A DNA stretch of 57,852 nucleotides, filler included, from Catajapyx aquilonaris (Eukaryota), in NCBI GenBank assembly GCA_000934665.2. It is 2 parts of 2 records of this genome, joined end to end, with 100 filler letters (N's around TTAATTAATTAA, not from the genome) between each part and the next. Parts side by side here need not be neighbours in the genome. Positions count along the whole stretch, not along the records: positions 1 to 28,879 come from JYFJ02004851.1; 1 more part is not named here. One strand, 5' to 3'. The notes below the pieces were generated by a model, which did not search any database, was not told where the DNA came from, and saw nothing but the letters and a program-made list of their open reading frames with translations. Position 1 is the stretch's first letter; every line of letters starts with the position of its first letter. Shown in pieces: positions 1 to 11,570 of this stretch. The translations under genes and the position numbers were made by a program.

Positions 1-464
1 TCACGTTAAATCGGACGGGTTAACGGTCAAGACGAGAGTGAAGGGTGGTTGAGCACGGAAGGCACGTCCACACACAACGGGAGCAGGGAGTGGAGTGTGT
101 GCCTGCCTCAACAGTAATAGACATTGCAACAAAAGAATGAAAGAGCATTCCTTGTGCCACTTCTACCTGAATACATAATAAAAATGCCTCTATAGATTGG
201 TCAACATAAGAACGCAACTGAGTGTGCATCACTGTGGCCCACAGGATGCAATACTGGAATCAGAAGTTATCTATATGGCCATGTCAGGGTCAGAAATAAC
301 CTACAACAGATCACATCGTGCTTACGCACACATCACTTCTCATTCCAGGATTGCATCATGTGCGCCACACTCAGTCAGTTGAATTCTTATGCTGACTGAT
401 CTATGGTGAAGATTTTTTCTACTTCAAAGCAAGACAAAGAACCAAACATGAGAAATAAACAGAC

Positions 465-596
465 TAATGCCCGATTGCACCAACGAAATTATTGATTCTA
501 TAGCTCCCAACAGATTATTAGCACATGTTAAAAGGGCTCCTAATGATCCATTAGGAGCATCGGATCAGTAATTTCGGTTGGTGCAATCAGGCATTA
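465..596. mobile_element. Small MITE-like inverted-repeat element
   Basis: 465-496 TAATGCCCGATTGCACCAACGAAATTATTGAT is the near-perfect reverse complement of 564-596; TA at both ends; internal perfect hairpin GCTCCTAATG-atc-CATTAGGAGC at 536-558. Confidence 0.7.
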
Positions 597-913
597 AAAA
601 ATCCCTATTATGCATGAACCTGCACATATGAGGAGGTGCAAGTCAAAAGTGGCTATCTTTGCCGAATTTCATTATGTGAGAAAACACCACTTTTCTCTTT
701 CGATTTGTGTACCTGCAAATTGGATTCCCATATTTCCTCCTCTTGTTATGGTCCAAAATAGCTCATTTCGACCTGGGTCTTTGTCTCACTAGGTGCACCT
801 TTACTTCAAGATTTTAATGGCAGTTCCATCTCAAAAACAACAACAACAAAAAAGTCTAAAAGAAGATAGCTGCTTTTGACTTCCACCTCCTAATATAATA
901 CCTCCTCTCTGAC

Positions 914-1480
914 CTTAATGAGAAGAGAATGCATCTCTTCATCCTGTGCCAGCTCAAGAGGAATGTTCCCTCTTCTGTCCTCAATCAGAGGATCGCTTCC
1001 CTCTACCAATAGGTGACAAGCCAATCTGAGCTCGTTATAATAGGCAGCAAAATGGAGAGGTGTCCGGTCATTCTCTCCGCGGCTGTCCACATGTGCTCCT
1101 GACTTCAGGAGGAGTTTCACCACCTCCAAATCCCCTGCCTTCACAGCCAGGTGTATGGCAACATTCCCAACTCGATTCTTAATGTTGACATCAGCTCCAC
1201 TTTCAGTCAGGACCATGCAGGATGACAAATCGCCTCGTTCAGCACTACAGTGAAGAGCAGTCTGGCCTTCCCAACTTGTCTGGTTTGCTGGCCATCCGGA
1301 ACATACAAGGTAAGCAACTACACGTGGCCACTTCCCTTTGGCTGCCACAATGAGTCCACTGTCTCCAGATTTGTCTGTTTCTGCCAACAAAGAACTGATC
1401 CCTCCAGCACGCTGCACGAGGCTCATTATTCGATCAAGTCTGCCATGTTTGCAGTATTTCAGGAAACGCCTTCGATCCAC
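914..1480 (-). CDS. Ankyrin-repeat exon C (189 codons, phase 0 acceptor); may instead be a terminal exon running to the stop at 890
   Basis: Motifs GQTALHCSA, GNVAIHLAV, DRTPLHFAA, GADVN; acceptor TTTGCACAG|GTG at 1481/1480; donor-like AAG|GTCAGA at 914/913. The ORF-track TTG start at 1519 lies inside a MITE. Confidence 0.8.
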
Positions 1481-1493
1481 CTGTGCAAACATA

Positions 1494-1937
1494 CAGGGTG
1501 AAGTGAAACTCGCGGACAATCGCCAGGTAGACTGATAGTACTCGCAAAACTAATATAGCGATGTGCAATTAGTTTTTGGCTCCGTTGCATAGTTAATGTG
1601 TAGGGCACCTTCAAGTGTAGAGGGCCGCATTGTAAAACACGAGGCAAAAAACGACAAAGTGCATGGGTGTCGTACCCAGATTCTTATTCTGATGGGATTT
1701 GATAACTTATTGCACATGGACGATGTGTAAGAACCCAAGCTGGATTGTTCAGAGGCTCTCGAGCTGACTTTTGCTTCCCAGAAGCTGGCGGAACAGATGT
1801 GACGTCACGAAACTTTGACGGCTCCGTAAGCATTAACTATGCAAAGGCACCCAAAACTAATTGGACATCCCTATATTAGTTTTGCGAGTATACTATCAGT
1901 CTACCTGGCGATTATACCCGAGTTTCCCTTCACCCTG
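1494..1937. mobile_element. Tc1/mariner-type MITE with ~105-bp TIRs
   Basis: TA|CAGGGTGAAG...CTTCACCCTG|TA; 1494-1598 is a close reverse complement of 1831-1937; TA target-site duplication. Confidence 0.9.
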
Positions 1938-2273
1938 TATATTTCAGTCATAAAAAGAGGCAGGTCTGCACCCTGCACGTGAAATTGTAAGATCCCTAGC
2001 GTACAGTGTATCACCATTTTCTGCAAATTAGATTCCCCAATCTTGTTCAGCCAACCTTACTTAGTTCTCTAAGGTTTGCATAAAGGTCTAGCAGGAAGTG
2101 TTATGCACTACCTCAAAAATACATTACCATGCTTACGCACAATTATGCAGCCAAGTTATAATGAAGCGCTAGTCTTTGGTGCAAAAGAGACAAATTGCTA
2201 CCTTATATGAGGACAAATGAAAAAGTAATTCACAACTTTTTAAATTCTGAAGCTTCACTACAGTAACTCTCAC

Positions 2274-3004
2274 TGACATACACGCATGAAAGGGCAAGTC
2301 TTTCTCTCAGTTTCGATGCAGTCACTGTAAACATTGATGCACTAATCCCACTGGGATACTAATTGTTCCATGCAACTGCAGAAAAAGTGTCAGGCTGGCT
2401 GCGAAGCCAGCGATGAATTTCACTCCACTCATTGTCGCTGAAGTGCTGACCAGCCAGGTCCAAAGAGATTGTAATTTTCACTTGGGGTCAATTTATCAGG
2501 GCCATCGCCAGACCTGAATCTTCCATCACAGCATGAGCTACAAGAGGACAAGGTAGGCCTTATGCCATGGAGAAGAACAACATCAGTCATGGTCATTTAT
2601 GGCGAATTGTTGCACTGAGGTGAGCCCAGGTGCCAGATGATGCTTTGACTGAGTAATAAGGGCTGACCTGACCAATGCTGCAGACTTGAATATTTTCGAA
2701 GGAGAGGAATCTGCATGCTTTCATACCATACTGCTGCAGCACCTATACCTTACAGCCCTGACTTGGTCCCAAGTGATATAAATCACCATCTCTTTGTACC
2801 AATGAAGAAGCACCTGGTCGGTCAAGGCTTCAGCAGTGACAATTCAGGAATGAAATGAGCTGTCCACCACTGGCTGACACTTTTTCTGCAGTTGCATGAC
2901 AAATTAGCATCCTGGTGATGTAACTATGTAAGTGCATCAATGTGCCCGGTGACTAGATCAAAGAGTAGAGAAAGACTTGTCCTTTCATATATATATATGT
3001 GTCA
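2274..3004. mobile_element. Foldback/MITE with ~220-bp diverged inverted arms
   Basis: ATGAAAGGGCAAGTCTTTCTCT (2286) vs AGAGAAAGACTTGTCCTTTCAT (ends 2988); CATGCAACTGCAGAAAAAGTGTCAG vs CTGACACTTTTTCTGCAGTTGCATG; further inner matches; ends approximate. Confidence 0.75.
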
Positions 3005-3183
3005 TTTTGAATTTCTGCAATGAAGCTTCAGAATTTAAAACAGTTGTGAATGTTATTTTTTGGTTTACCCTCCTAGTAATTCATATTAAAGGGCCATCAA
3101 TGGATCCTTTCAGATTGCAGAAAAAAACAGGAATCCTTCTTGTTAAACAACAAAAATCCATGCAGAAATGTCATCATACTCAC

Positions 3184-3756
3184 TTCAAATGAAGTGCGAA
3201 TGTGAGGATGTCCACATTCTACTTCAACTTGACATGCTGTCATTCCAAACGCATCTTTAGACTTCGAGTCCGCACCGTTATCCAGAAGATAATCAGCCAG
3301 CTGCAGCTTACCACCAATCATAGCTTGGTGAAGTGGGGTCCTATGTTTGTATCCCACGTCCATTATGTCTGCCCCAGACCTCAACAGGAGGTCAACAGTT
3401 TCTATGTGGCCACCAAATGAAGCAAAATGTATGGAGGAATCGCCATTGGCATCCTTGCTCCCAACCCTTGCCCCTTGACTCAACAAAAACTCAACTGTTG
3501 AGTAGTGTCCACTCTGAGCAGCATAATGAAGTGCTGTCTTTCCATCTGCACTTCTCTGGTCCACAACCCACCCGCAACTTAAAAGGCAGGCAACAGTTCC
3601 TTTCCTTCCCCCCCAGGCAGCCAAGTGCAGTCCGCTCATCCCATCTTGATTCTCCATACCAAGCAGAACTGCAGTGCAACCTCTCTTCTCCATTACCTCT
3701 CTCACATCGTCTAATCTACCCTCCAAACTGGCTTGGAGAAAGTACGACTGGTACAG
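3184..3756 (-). CDS. Ankyrin-repeat exon B (191 codons, phase 0-0)
   Basis: Motifs GMSGLHLAA, GKTALHYAA, GDSSIHFAS, HRTPLHQA; acceptor TTTTTGCACAG|CTG at 3757/3756; donor GAA|GTGAGT at 3184/3183; collinear with exons A and C. Confidence 0.85.
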
Positions 3757-4068
3757 CTGTGCAAAAATTTTGTGCATGTGAACAAGCTTAATTTAAAATG
3801 TGCATGCAACTGCAACACTGCAAGTCCCTGTTGTACAGTGTGTACAGCATGGCAGAGAGCATGTGCATCTCCTCTCAGCCTTATTAGGTTCATTTTGAAT
3901 GTCTATGATGAAAAAGGTCTAATTGATTTTTGTAATTGCAACTCCATTTGTACCATGATTTTCATTCCAATACATAAGGAAATCTGGAGAACTAACCTGT
4001 GGATTACCGGGAGTCATCAAGTGGTCTAACCATCAAGATATTCCCAAACACATTGGATGGTACAAGCT

Positions 4069-4442
4069 CTTCCTCATAAGAATTTGTACCCCTAGAAAAT
4101 TGGCAGCAGGGGTCGGAAAAAATTCCCTGCTGCTCATGAAAGTGGAGATTTATTGCAGCAAAAGGGATTAAAATACACAAAGGGACATCTAGTGCTGTGA
4201 TGATATCAACTGTGATGCATTTTGCACACTCCGGTCAAAGATTATAGGTAGGTGGAATTGCCTGCCATGATGCATAAAATACATTTATTATGCATGACCT
4301 GAGTGTGCAAAACCAGTCATTGTTGGTGTCATTGCAGATCTAGATGCCCCTTTGTGTATATTCACACCTCTAGAGGTAATAAATCATGTTTTTTCTGACA
4401 CCTGCTGCCAATTTTCAAGGTATCCAAATTCTTATGCAGAAG
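4069..4442. mobile_element. Near full-length palindromic (foldback) MITE
   Basis: CATAAGAATTTG...GAAAATTGGCAGCAGG vs CCTGCTGCCAATTTTC...CAAATTCTTATG; inner pairs ATACACAAAGGG/CCCTTTGTGTAT and TTTTGCACACTC/GAGTGTGCAAAA. Confidence 0.75.
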
Positions 4443-4580
4443 GCCTAGTAGGTCTTGGGTTACTTTACAAGATTTAACCTTCTTCCCCTTAAAATGTCTG
4501 AAATTGGCTGAAATTGTCAAACGTCACTATAGCAGTTAGCACTTAGAAGATTTTAAAAAAACAGCAAATATCATTATTTG

Positions 4581-4817
4581 ATGGTTAGCGCCACAGCCTT
4601 TCACCTCTGAGGTCCCGAGTTCGATCCCCGGGTCGGACGAAGGATACTTATGTGGATAGAGTTTCGATGGGTTCTCTCTGTGTTCGCGTGGGTTTTCTCG
4701 GGGTTCTCCTGCCTTTCCTCCCACAATCAAAATCCATCACAGTGCAGGCAATGATTAAAGTAGGGTATATAAAAGATGATCCCCTAAGAGGCCCAAGGAG
4801 GCCTATCACGGGGTATC

Positions 4818-4818
<1 letters not shown>
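4581..4818 (+). mobile_element. tRNA-derived SINE with V/Meta-SINE-like core and (ATT)n tail
   Basis: Partial A box TGGTTAGCG, B box GAGTTCGATCCC (4617-4628), core GTGGGTTTTCTCGGGGTTCTCC...TTCCTCCCACA, 3' segment CCCCTAAG...ATCACGGGGTA, then ATT microsatellite. Confidence 0.75.

Positions 4819-4890
<72 letters not shown>
4819..4890. repeat. (ATT)n microsatellite
   Basis: About 24 ATT units. Confidence 0.95.
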
Positions 4891-4891
<1 letters not shown>

Positions 4892-4897
<6 letters not shown>

Positions 4898-5231
4898 ACG
4901 TTACCCCATGATAGGGCCATAGGTCCTTATAGGGATACCACCATTTTTCCTTCAATTTTCAGATTTTTTCTTCTAACTCTGGTGCAAGGATGAAAGGACA
5001 TGAGGTAAGGATATAGGGATTTTTTGGGGGAGGGAACGTTGGTGCAAGTGCAATGTCGGTAAAGGGGTCATGTGCTGTTCCCCAGGAGGTTAGGTTGCCA
5101 GACACCTCCTTGGTGCAGGTCAGAGACCCTCCTGACGCAGGTGAAAGGAAAGTTCCCCAGGCGGGGATCGAACCTGGGACCTTTCACTCAGCAAGCCGAG
5201 ACGTTACCATCTCGGCCATCTACACCTCCCC
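4892..5231 (-). mobile_element. tRNA-derived SINE, tail-to-tail with the previous SINE
   Basis: Minus strand starts GGGGAGGTGTAGATGGCCGAGATGG (A box) and has GGTTCGATCCC (B box); 3' end ATCCCTATAAGG...CCTATCATGGGGTA resembles the first SINE tail. Confidence 0.75.

Positions 5232-5266
<35 letters not shown>
5232..5266. repeat. (TAT)n microsatellite
   Basis: About 12 TAT units. Confidence 0.95.
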
Positions 5267-5335
5267 GACGCTTTGGATCAATGAATATTATCAGGACTTG
5301 CTGTAATTGCAATGTGACAGGTGATCAAGACTCAC

Positions 5336-5911
5336 CGTTTTCATGGTCTGGGCCATTTCCAAATCACCAGCATCCTCTGCAATGCACAGGGGAGACCTTT
5401 CATTGCTGCCAACAACCAAAGGATCAGCACCCTTTGACCCAAGAAATTTGACCACATTGTGGCGGTGTTTGTATGCAGCGCAATGCAAGGGAGTCCAGTT
5501 CCCCTGGCCCTTGTCATCAAGCCGAGCCCCACACTGGAGGAGCAGCTCCACCACTTCAACAGAGCCACCACAAGCCGCGCGATGTATGGCAGCATCTCCA
5601 AAAGAATCCCTGGTGTTCACCTTGGCCCCTCGTTCAATCAGTATCTCACAAGTAGAAAGATGGCCTCCCTCAGCTGCTTGGTGCAGGGGAGTCCTTTCAT
5701 CCTGGCCCTTTGGATCAATGGGCCACCCCTCTTGCAATAGGTAGGAAACCAGCAGGGACCTTCCTTTCTTAGCAGCCCAATGAAGACCACCATCGCCCCA
5801 GCTATCCCTCAGGTGGAACAACTGCCGAACTCCTCCTTTCCACCCCATACACTGCTCTACTTCACTCAACCTGCCTTCCTTGCACGCTCGAAGGAAGTCC
5901 ATCGTGCTCAT
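5336..5911 (-). CDS. Ankyrin-repeat exon A (ATG at 5911, 192 codons, phase 0 donor)
   Basis: Motifs GDGGLHWAA, ERTPLHQAA, GDAAIHRAA, NWTPLHCAA; donor ACG|GTGAGT at 5336/5335; acceptor CCTTACCAG 7 nt upstream of the ATG. Confidence 0.85.
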
Positions 5912-6009
5912 ACCTATACTGGTAAGGACACAAAATGTTAGCTCGTATGCATTCCTTTATTGAGTGACCTAGTAGGTGAGTGATATATGTGTCTTTGTAA
6001 ACATTTGTG

Positions 6010-6426
6010 CAGTGTGACCCAAAATACTTGTCTGAAGGATATGGCTATTTGTTGGCACTAAGAAGCTGCTCATTTTTAACAGTTACTTTGGCAGTGTTAC
6101 TTTGAGTGGTGAGCAAAAGTATTAGCAGCTAATAATACCAAGCTAAATCATCCATTCAAGCTCTGAACTTCAGAGCATTCCTGATTAGAAATGTGCCACT
6201 GGAACAATTGGCATCTCACATGTCACACCATTGATGGAACCCACTTTGTACAGGCCACACCCCCTTGGAGGATTTAAAATTAATGGGGTACAGTCATACA
6301 ACCTAATATTAGCAGCTAATATTTTGATATCCATGGAAAGTGTGCAATACTAAGTGCCTAAAAATAAGTAGCCCAGTGCCAACTATAGTAGCAGTATTAG
6401 TGGGACATGTATTTTGGATAACCCTG
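6010..6426. mobile_element. Decayed CAGGGT-type (Tc1/mariner-like) MITE
   Basis: CAGTGTGACCCAAAATACTTGTC vs GACATGTATTTTGGATAACCCTG|TA; inner pair GTTGGCACT/AGTGCCAAC. Confidence 0.55.
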
Positions 6427-6974
6427 TATATCCTGATCCATGTCACTTTAAGCATTTCTCAGCCAAGACTTTGCATAGGTAGAAAGGGGGCTGTAGCCTA
6501 CATTTTTCATTGTGGGAACAGAAGTCTTTACACAATGAATCAAAATAGTCAAAACATGGGGCATTTTTCAGTATTCTTTTTTCATCAGCATGGCAGTGAC
6601 AAACTGGAAAGTAGTGCAGCTTGCATTTGTCATTGAGCAACCTGCACAATTAGACCATTATTACCTATTATTGCCTCTTTTGCATGCACACTTTATTCAG
6701 AATTTATTTTTCAGATAATTTCAACCAACCAAACAGCACATCAGTTGAATGGCATGGAATTGTCACTTGTACAAATACCAATCACTTCAGCACATTCGAG
6801 GTCAAATTAATTAGCTCAGGAAATTTACCTGCAACAATTATGCAATATTACAAGTTGCTTCTTAATTGCTACCTGCTGTTACACTGGGCAGTTATTACTA
6901 ACACAAGAGCAGGTTGTATCAGCACAAATTGAATTTACTGTATCCCATGTGCTTCAGAACTGAACCCGCATTGG

Positions 6975-6977
<3 letters not shown>

Positions 6978-7062
<85 letters not shown>
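6978..7062. repeat. (TAA)n microsatellite
   Basis: About 28 perfect TAA units. Confidence 0.95.
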
Positions 7063-7063
<1 letters not shown>

Positions 7064-9613
7064 CGGCCCCATATTATTTACATGACTTGCATTTTACAAG
7101 CCCGTACCTTCTGGATGCCTGTTCGTATCAGATCCAGTCCGGTTTGCTGGCTGCCCCTGGACTAATCCCTGGGGGCGCCCCCTGCTCTTCTTCCAATGCA
7201 ACAATAATGCAAACTACGAAGCGCAACTCAGAGCAACTCTCACGCCGGCCGTCCTGACTCCTGCTCTCGACTGACACCGACTGGCAGTCTGGCTCTGCTC
7301 TGGCACACACACACACACATGGCAGCTGCGCTGGGGAGAAGCACTGCCCAACAACAACAACTGCGTAATATCCTTGGTCATATATCCCAAATGAACTAAA
7401 AGCTGCTTGTTCACACATGATCCTGATACCATAAATCAAACCTGCAGCAGTTAACTTAAAATTAAAAGTTTAAAATTTAAAATTCATGCGTGATTAACAG
7501 GTTGAAACATTTGCATTTGAGAAAGACTATTGGTCCAGAGCTGCAAGATGGCGGCTTCCTGATGTGCAAGTGGGGGGCGCCATGTCTACTGGCTGTTGAA
7601 ATAAATATTGTTCTGGCAACTGTTAATATACCAATTCAAATATTTTCTAGAGGTTTATTATACTTATTATTTTAGTATACACTGGATTTAGCGAGGATTT
7701 ATAATCAATAGGACTGTCATAAGGAGCTATGAAATTAATGTAGATGCAGATTTATGGCCAAGTCCACACCAGATTTATGTACAGTAGGCTAGTTGTCATT
7801 CCATATCGAGGAAAATGAATAAGACAAATGGACGTCGGAATAAAGAACAACGTTCCAAGGTTTCCGTGGTATGCAGTGATATTATGTGGAAATAAGTCAG
7901 ATCTAATGTGTGTGTATACTCGACTACACAACTGATATGCCACACCTTTCAATTATGGCTTATGCTACGCCAATTACGGTACAATACGGGGGCCCCTTTG
8001 CAACCAGCAACAATGGGGCAACAAACAACATGGTCTAAAAGGCCTTGTGGGAGGTTGCAAGGACCACGAGATCCAAATGGCAGAGAATAGGGTGGCACTG
8101 CGCTGGTGACCGTGGAAATGGGCCATACCAGCTCTTGGCCATACTCGCTGCTCTTGGGATCCCCATTCCCACCAGCACCGATGTCTGGGTAACTCGGGGT
8201 AACCGGGTAAATTAAACCCTTATCTTATCTTCAATAACGTTGATTTATTACAGATCACCATGCCATAAAAATTATACGGTACCATTACATCAAAGATTCT
8301 GATTAATTTGCTGTACTGCGTTGTCTAGCGTCAGTCACTGCCGTGGTCACTAGCGTGAATAAAAATCCAACAGGCTGTGAGCGGCTATATGAGTGAGTAC
8401 AGTACAGTACGACCACAAAATTAGTACTGTATATATATATATTTAAAAAAATCAAAGACAACCCGCTTCTAAAAATCACGCGATGCATTTAGCGGAAATG
8501 GTCCTGCACATGCGTGTACAGTACCTCACACAACAAAGCCATCCTGATCAGCAAGCCCCGTACGGCTGCCGATCGCCGCGACTATAGCGAGCTCTAGGGT
8601 GGCGCGAACTAGTAGAATATCACCGCACAAGCTTCGAAACCAATTTTATGTGGCAATTTATGAATCAAGTCTAATCAATCATTTACATATCATTATATCA
8701 ATGATATCATTGATATCAGTCGCGGCGACCGGGGGGACCGGTCACCCGCGGCCGGATGCAGGTGTTGTGGCTTCGGAATATCGCCTTTTGGCTTGTATTT
8801 TGACCCTGCTAACGTGAAAATTTGCAGCAGAGGTGACGTTTTCACAACACTATAGGCCAAGCAAAATTAGAAAATCCAAATTTTTTCAAAATTCAGGGGA
8901 GTAAAAAGAGTAAGTTTGGTTGTCAGTCCACCTGGAACAAATACCTGCAACCATAATTATCATCATCAGGTGGAAAAACAATCACGAAAAAATAATGGTC
9001 TCTTCTAGTTTGTTTTGGAACACATCCTGAATAGTTTCCAGTTCGAAATGTTCCCAGTCACTTTCTTCCTTTCCTATATCATTTACCTTAGAGTCTTAGA
9101 CTCCTTAGTTCTGTAATGTGGACTACGATCATTGGTCAGGAACAAGTCGGATTGAGGGCCCTTCTGAGAAACCAAAACACCTGTTTCTCCATTAATACAA
9201 TTACCCAAATAACCGCCGCCACGCAGAGTGTATACAGTAAAGGTTGTCCATGCATTTGATTCTTTCATAATAACACTCTTTTACTTCAGGACGAAATAGG
9301 CTGCAAAAAAATGAATGCATGCATTAAAGGGTACAGAAAACATTCTAACACCGTATTATCAGTTTAATCCCTTAAGTAAGAACCTCCATCAAACCAGGGA
9401 TAATAATTTCCAATCTTCAGCTTCACCAAACACACGATGTAACGGACCTGGAATAGAATTAGGCAGGCAGTCAAATACCTTTGTAACTCAATTGTTGCTT
9501 TGTCTTATTCCCACTCACACAAACGACCAAGTTACGTACGTTCTTCAGCAGCCAATTTGAAATAGCAGTCAATTGAGGAGCATTTCCATATGGCCCTGAG
9601 GGATGCAGCGATC

Positions 9614-9657
9614 TCATCGTTTTCTTCTTCTTCTATTGCGTCTCTTTTTCCTTGATG
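9614..9657 (-). CDS. Putative last coding exon of the unknown repeat-containing gene (ASRKKRRNRRRRKR*)
   Basis: Acceptor AATTTCAG|CA in phase 1, matching the phase-1 donor at 10367; an alternative open frame (HQGKRDAIEEEENDE...) also exists. Confidence 0.35.
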
Positions 9658-9734
9658 CTGAAATTATAATCGGATAACTTATTCTTGAGCTACGACAGCC
9701 TGGTCACATTGCATAACCTACCATCAGACTTGAT

Positions 9735-9926
9735 CAGTGGCGGATCTATTTTGGGGGGATCGGGGTGATCCCCCCCCCCCCCCAAGCTGAAGCAAGAAAC
9801 AGAACAATGGCTATGTCGCAATTGTATTTTACTTGCTTCTATGTGCTTACAGAGTTTTAAAATGTTTTCACCTGCGGCGGGCTTATTTGGTTTGGNCCCC
9901 AACAACGAAGTCTAGATCCGCCACTG
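9735..9926. mobile_element. hAT-type MITE
   Basis: TIR CAGTGGCGGATCTA / TAGATCCGCCACTG; perfect 8-bp TSD GACTTGAT on both sides. Confidence 0.9.
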
Positions 9927-9983
9927 GACTTGATGAGCTAATAATAAAAGCGACAGAAGCACAAAGTCGGTGACAGCAATATA

Positions 9984-10300
9984 CAGGGTGATGCAAAATA
10001 TGCACACTTCCTCAAAGACACACGTTCTTGCGCATTTCAAAAACGAATTTTCCCTCTTTTGTTTGAGATATCGGCGGTATTTCCGAGATAATTGCAAACC
10101 AGATTTTGTTATTCTGCTATGGATAACATCATGAGTGTGTCTTAGTCGATCATACACTATAGAAACCTTGGGTGTTTGGATGGTGGGATAATCGGATGGA
10201 TGGTCCCTATTATGGAGCCGATATCGCCTGGAGAGAAACTAAAGTATGGCATGAAACCTATACGTCCAAGAGGAACTGGCCACTTCTTATCACCACCCTG
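9984..10300. mobile_element. Diverged CAGGGTG-type MITE
   Basis: TA|CAGGGTG ... CACCCTG|TA with weaker subterminal match (ACTTCCTC vs GAGGAACT). Confidence 0.5.
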
Positions 10301-10366
10301 TACGGTATCTTGTCTACTAGGGAGAAAGCTAGAGTATGCCATAGAAAGTTATCAATTGGGTCTGAC

Positions 10367-10479
10367 CTTTGGCCTTCTTTTTTGTAGGTTCAGGCACCTC
10401 GGGGATCGGCTCGAGCTTGCACTCCTGTTGTATCTTGAATTTCTTCAGTTCATTCAGGAATTTCGGAGTCACATGCCCT
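10367..10479 (-). CDS. Putative internal exon (GHVTPKFLNELKKFKIQQECKLEPIPEVPEPTKKKAK)
   Basis: Acceptor TTTGCAG|A (phase 2, matches the donor at 13166), donor AAG|GTCAGA (phase 1); open, protein-like frame. Confidence 0.5.
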
Positions 10480-10620
10480 CTGCAAACCAAGATAATAGAC
10501 GTGTGCTTATTCATAATTATGATAAGAGAATATGTGTGATACTTGAAGAAGTCATAAGTATAATGGGGGATCCAAATAGGCGGCTGTAATGTTGATTTAC
10601 TTTAAAGCCCAACTGCTGTA

Positions 10621-11125
10621 CTTGCAGGGAGAGAATACTAGAGTAGTGACGTCACAAACAAATTAATACGCGACTGTCACACCGCGGACACAAATTTCGC
10701 CAAATGTTTTGGGACACGCGCAAAAAATACTGACTAAAAAGTATACAGTCATATACTGTATAGCGACTTTACTGCACATATATGATGATTCATCGTTTAA
10801 ACAAGTTTACACGAATTCTCCATTATGCACGTTACATGTAGCAACAGGTAGCAATCACAGCCGATGTCAGAATGATGTTGAAGTGACAGTAGCATAGCAG
10901 CTGCAAATAACCTTTCCGTTAGCGGTTACAGATGACAGCCTCCCTGTCTTCAGGGAAGGGAGAAAGTTGTGTGGTTTAATTCATTTTATCCAAGAAACTA
11001 CATACAGCTGCTTGAATCAAAAATGATCTTGTCATAATGTCGCTTAGTTTATGATACATAAAATGCGTAACTTAGTTGGGTCGCGTATTTTATTTGTCAA
11101 GTCACTACTATCCTCTCTGCACAAG
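10621..11125. mobile_element. Diverged inverted-repeat element (MITE-like)
   Basis: AGTAGTGAC...ACAAATTAATACGCGAC (10642-10673) vs GTCGCGTATTTTATTTGT...GTCACTACT (11080-11109). Confidence 0.55.
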
Positions 11126-11281
11126 GATCGTATATTGGTGGTATTCTACGTAAATAGAAATCTCTAACTCACAAGGTCCCCTCTCTTTTGATTGACTGTA
11201 TGAGCAGTGTTCCAACCGAGGTTCCAACCGAATTGTCCCTGTCAGTTATCACAACTTTGGAACAAAACTACAGTGCTTTAA

Positions 11282-11566
11282 CCCTGGAACCGTGACGTGG
11301 GGTCTTTTAGGACCCCAAAGGAATTAAAATGCATTAAAATGATAATTACAATGAACTTGTGCCATTTTTTAAAGTATATAACAGGAAGTGCATGTTTATT
11401 TTGAATTAGCGATCATTTTAAGCATTCTTCAAAGAATGATTGCATACAGTCAATACATTGAAAAGCATTATAATATAAAGATTAATAAAAATTAAAATAT
11501 GGATGGGGTCCTAAAAGACCCCACGTCACGGTTGCTGTAATTTTCAGGCACGTCACGGTTCCAGGG
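11282..11566. mobile_element. piggyBac-type MITE
   Basis: TTAA|CCCTGGAACCGTGACGTG ... CACGTCACGGTTCCAGGG|TTAA, plus asymmetric subterminal inverted repeat ACCGTGACGTGGGGTCTTTTAGGACCCCA. Confidence 0.92.
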
Positions 11567-11570
11567 TTAA

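Noticed and set aside
4652..7165. Poly-Leu and poly-Ile ORFs
   Set aside because: Translations of ATT/TAA microsatellites and SINEs
7423..7432. Minus-strand TGGTATCAG as a tRNA-Met primer-binding site
   Set aside because: Only a 9-nt match; no LTR pair or gag/pol nearby
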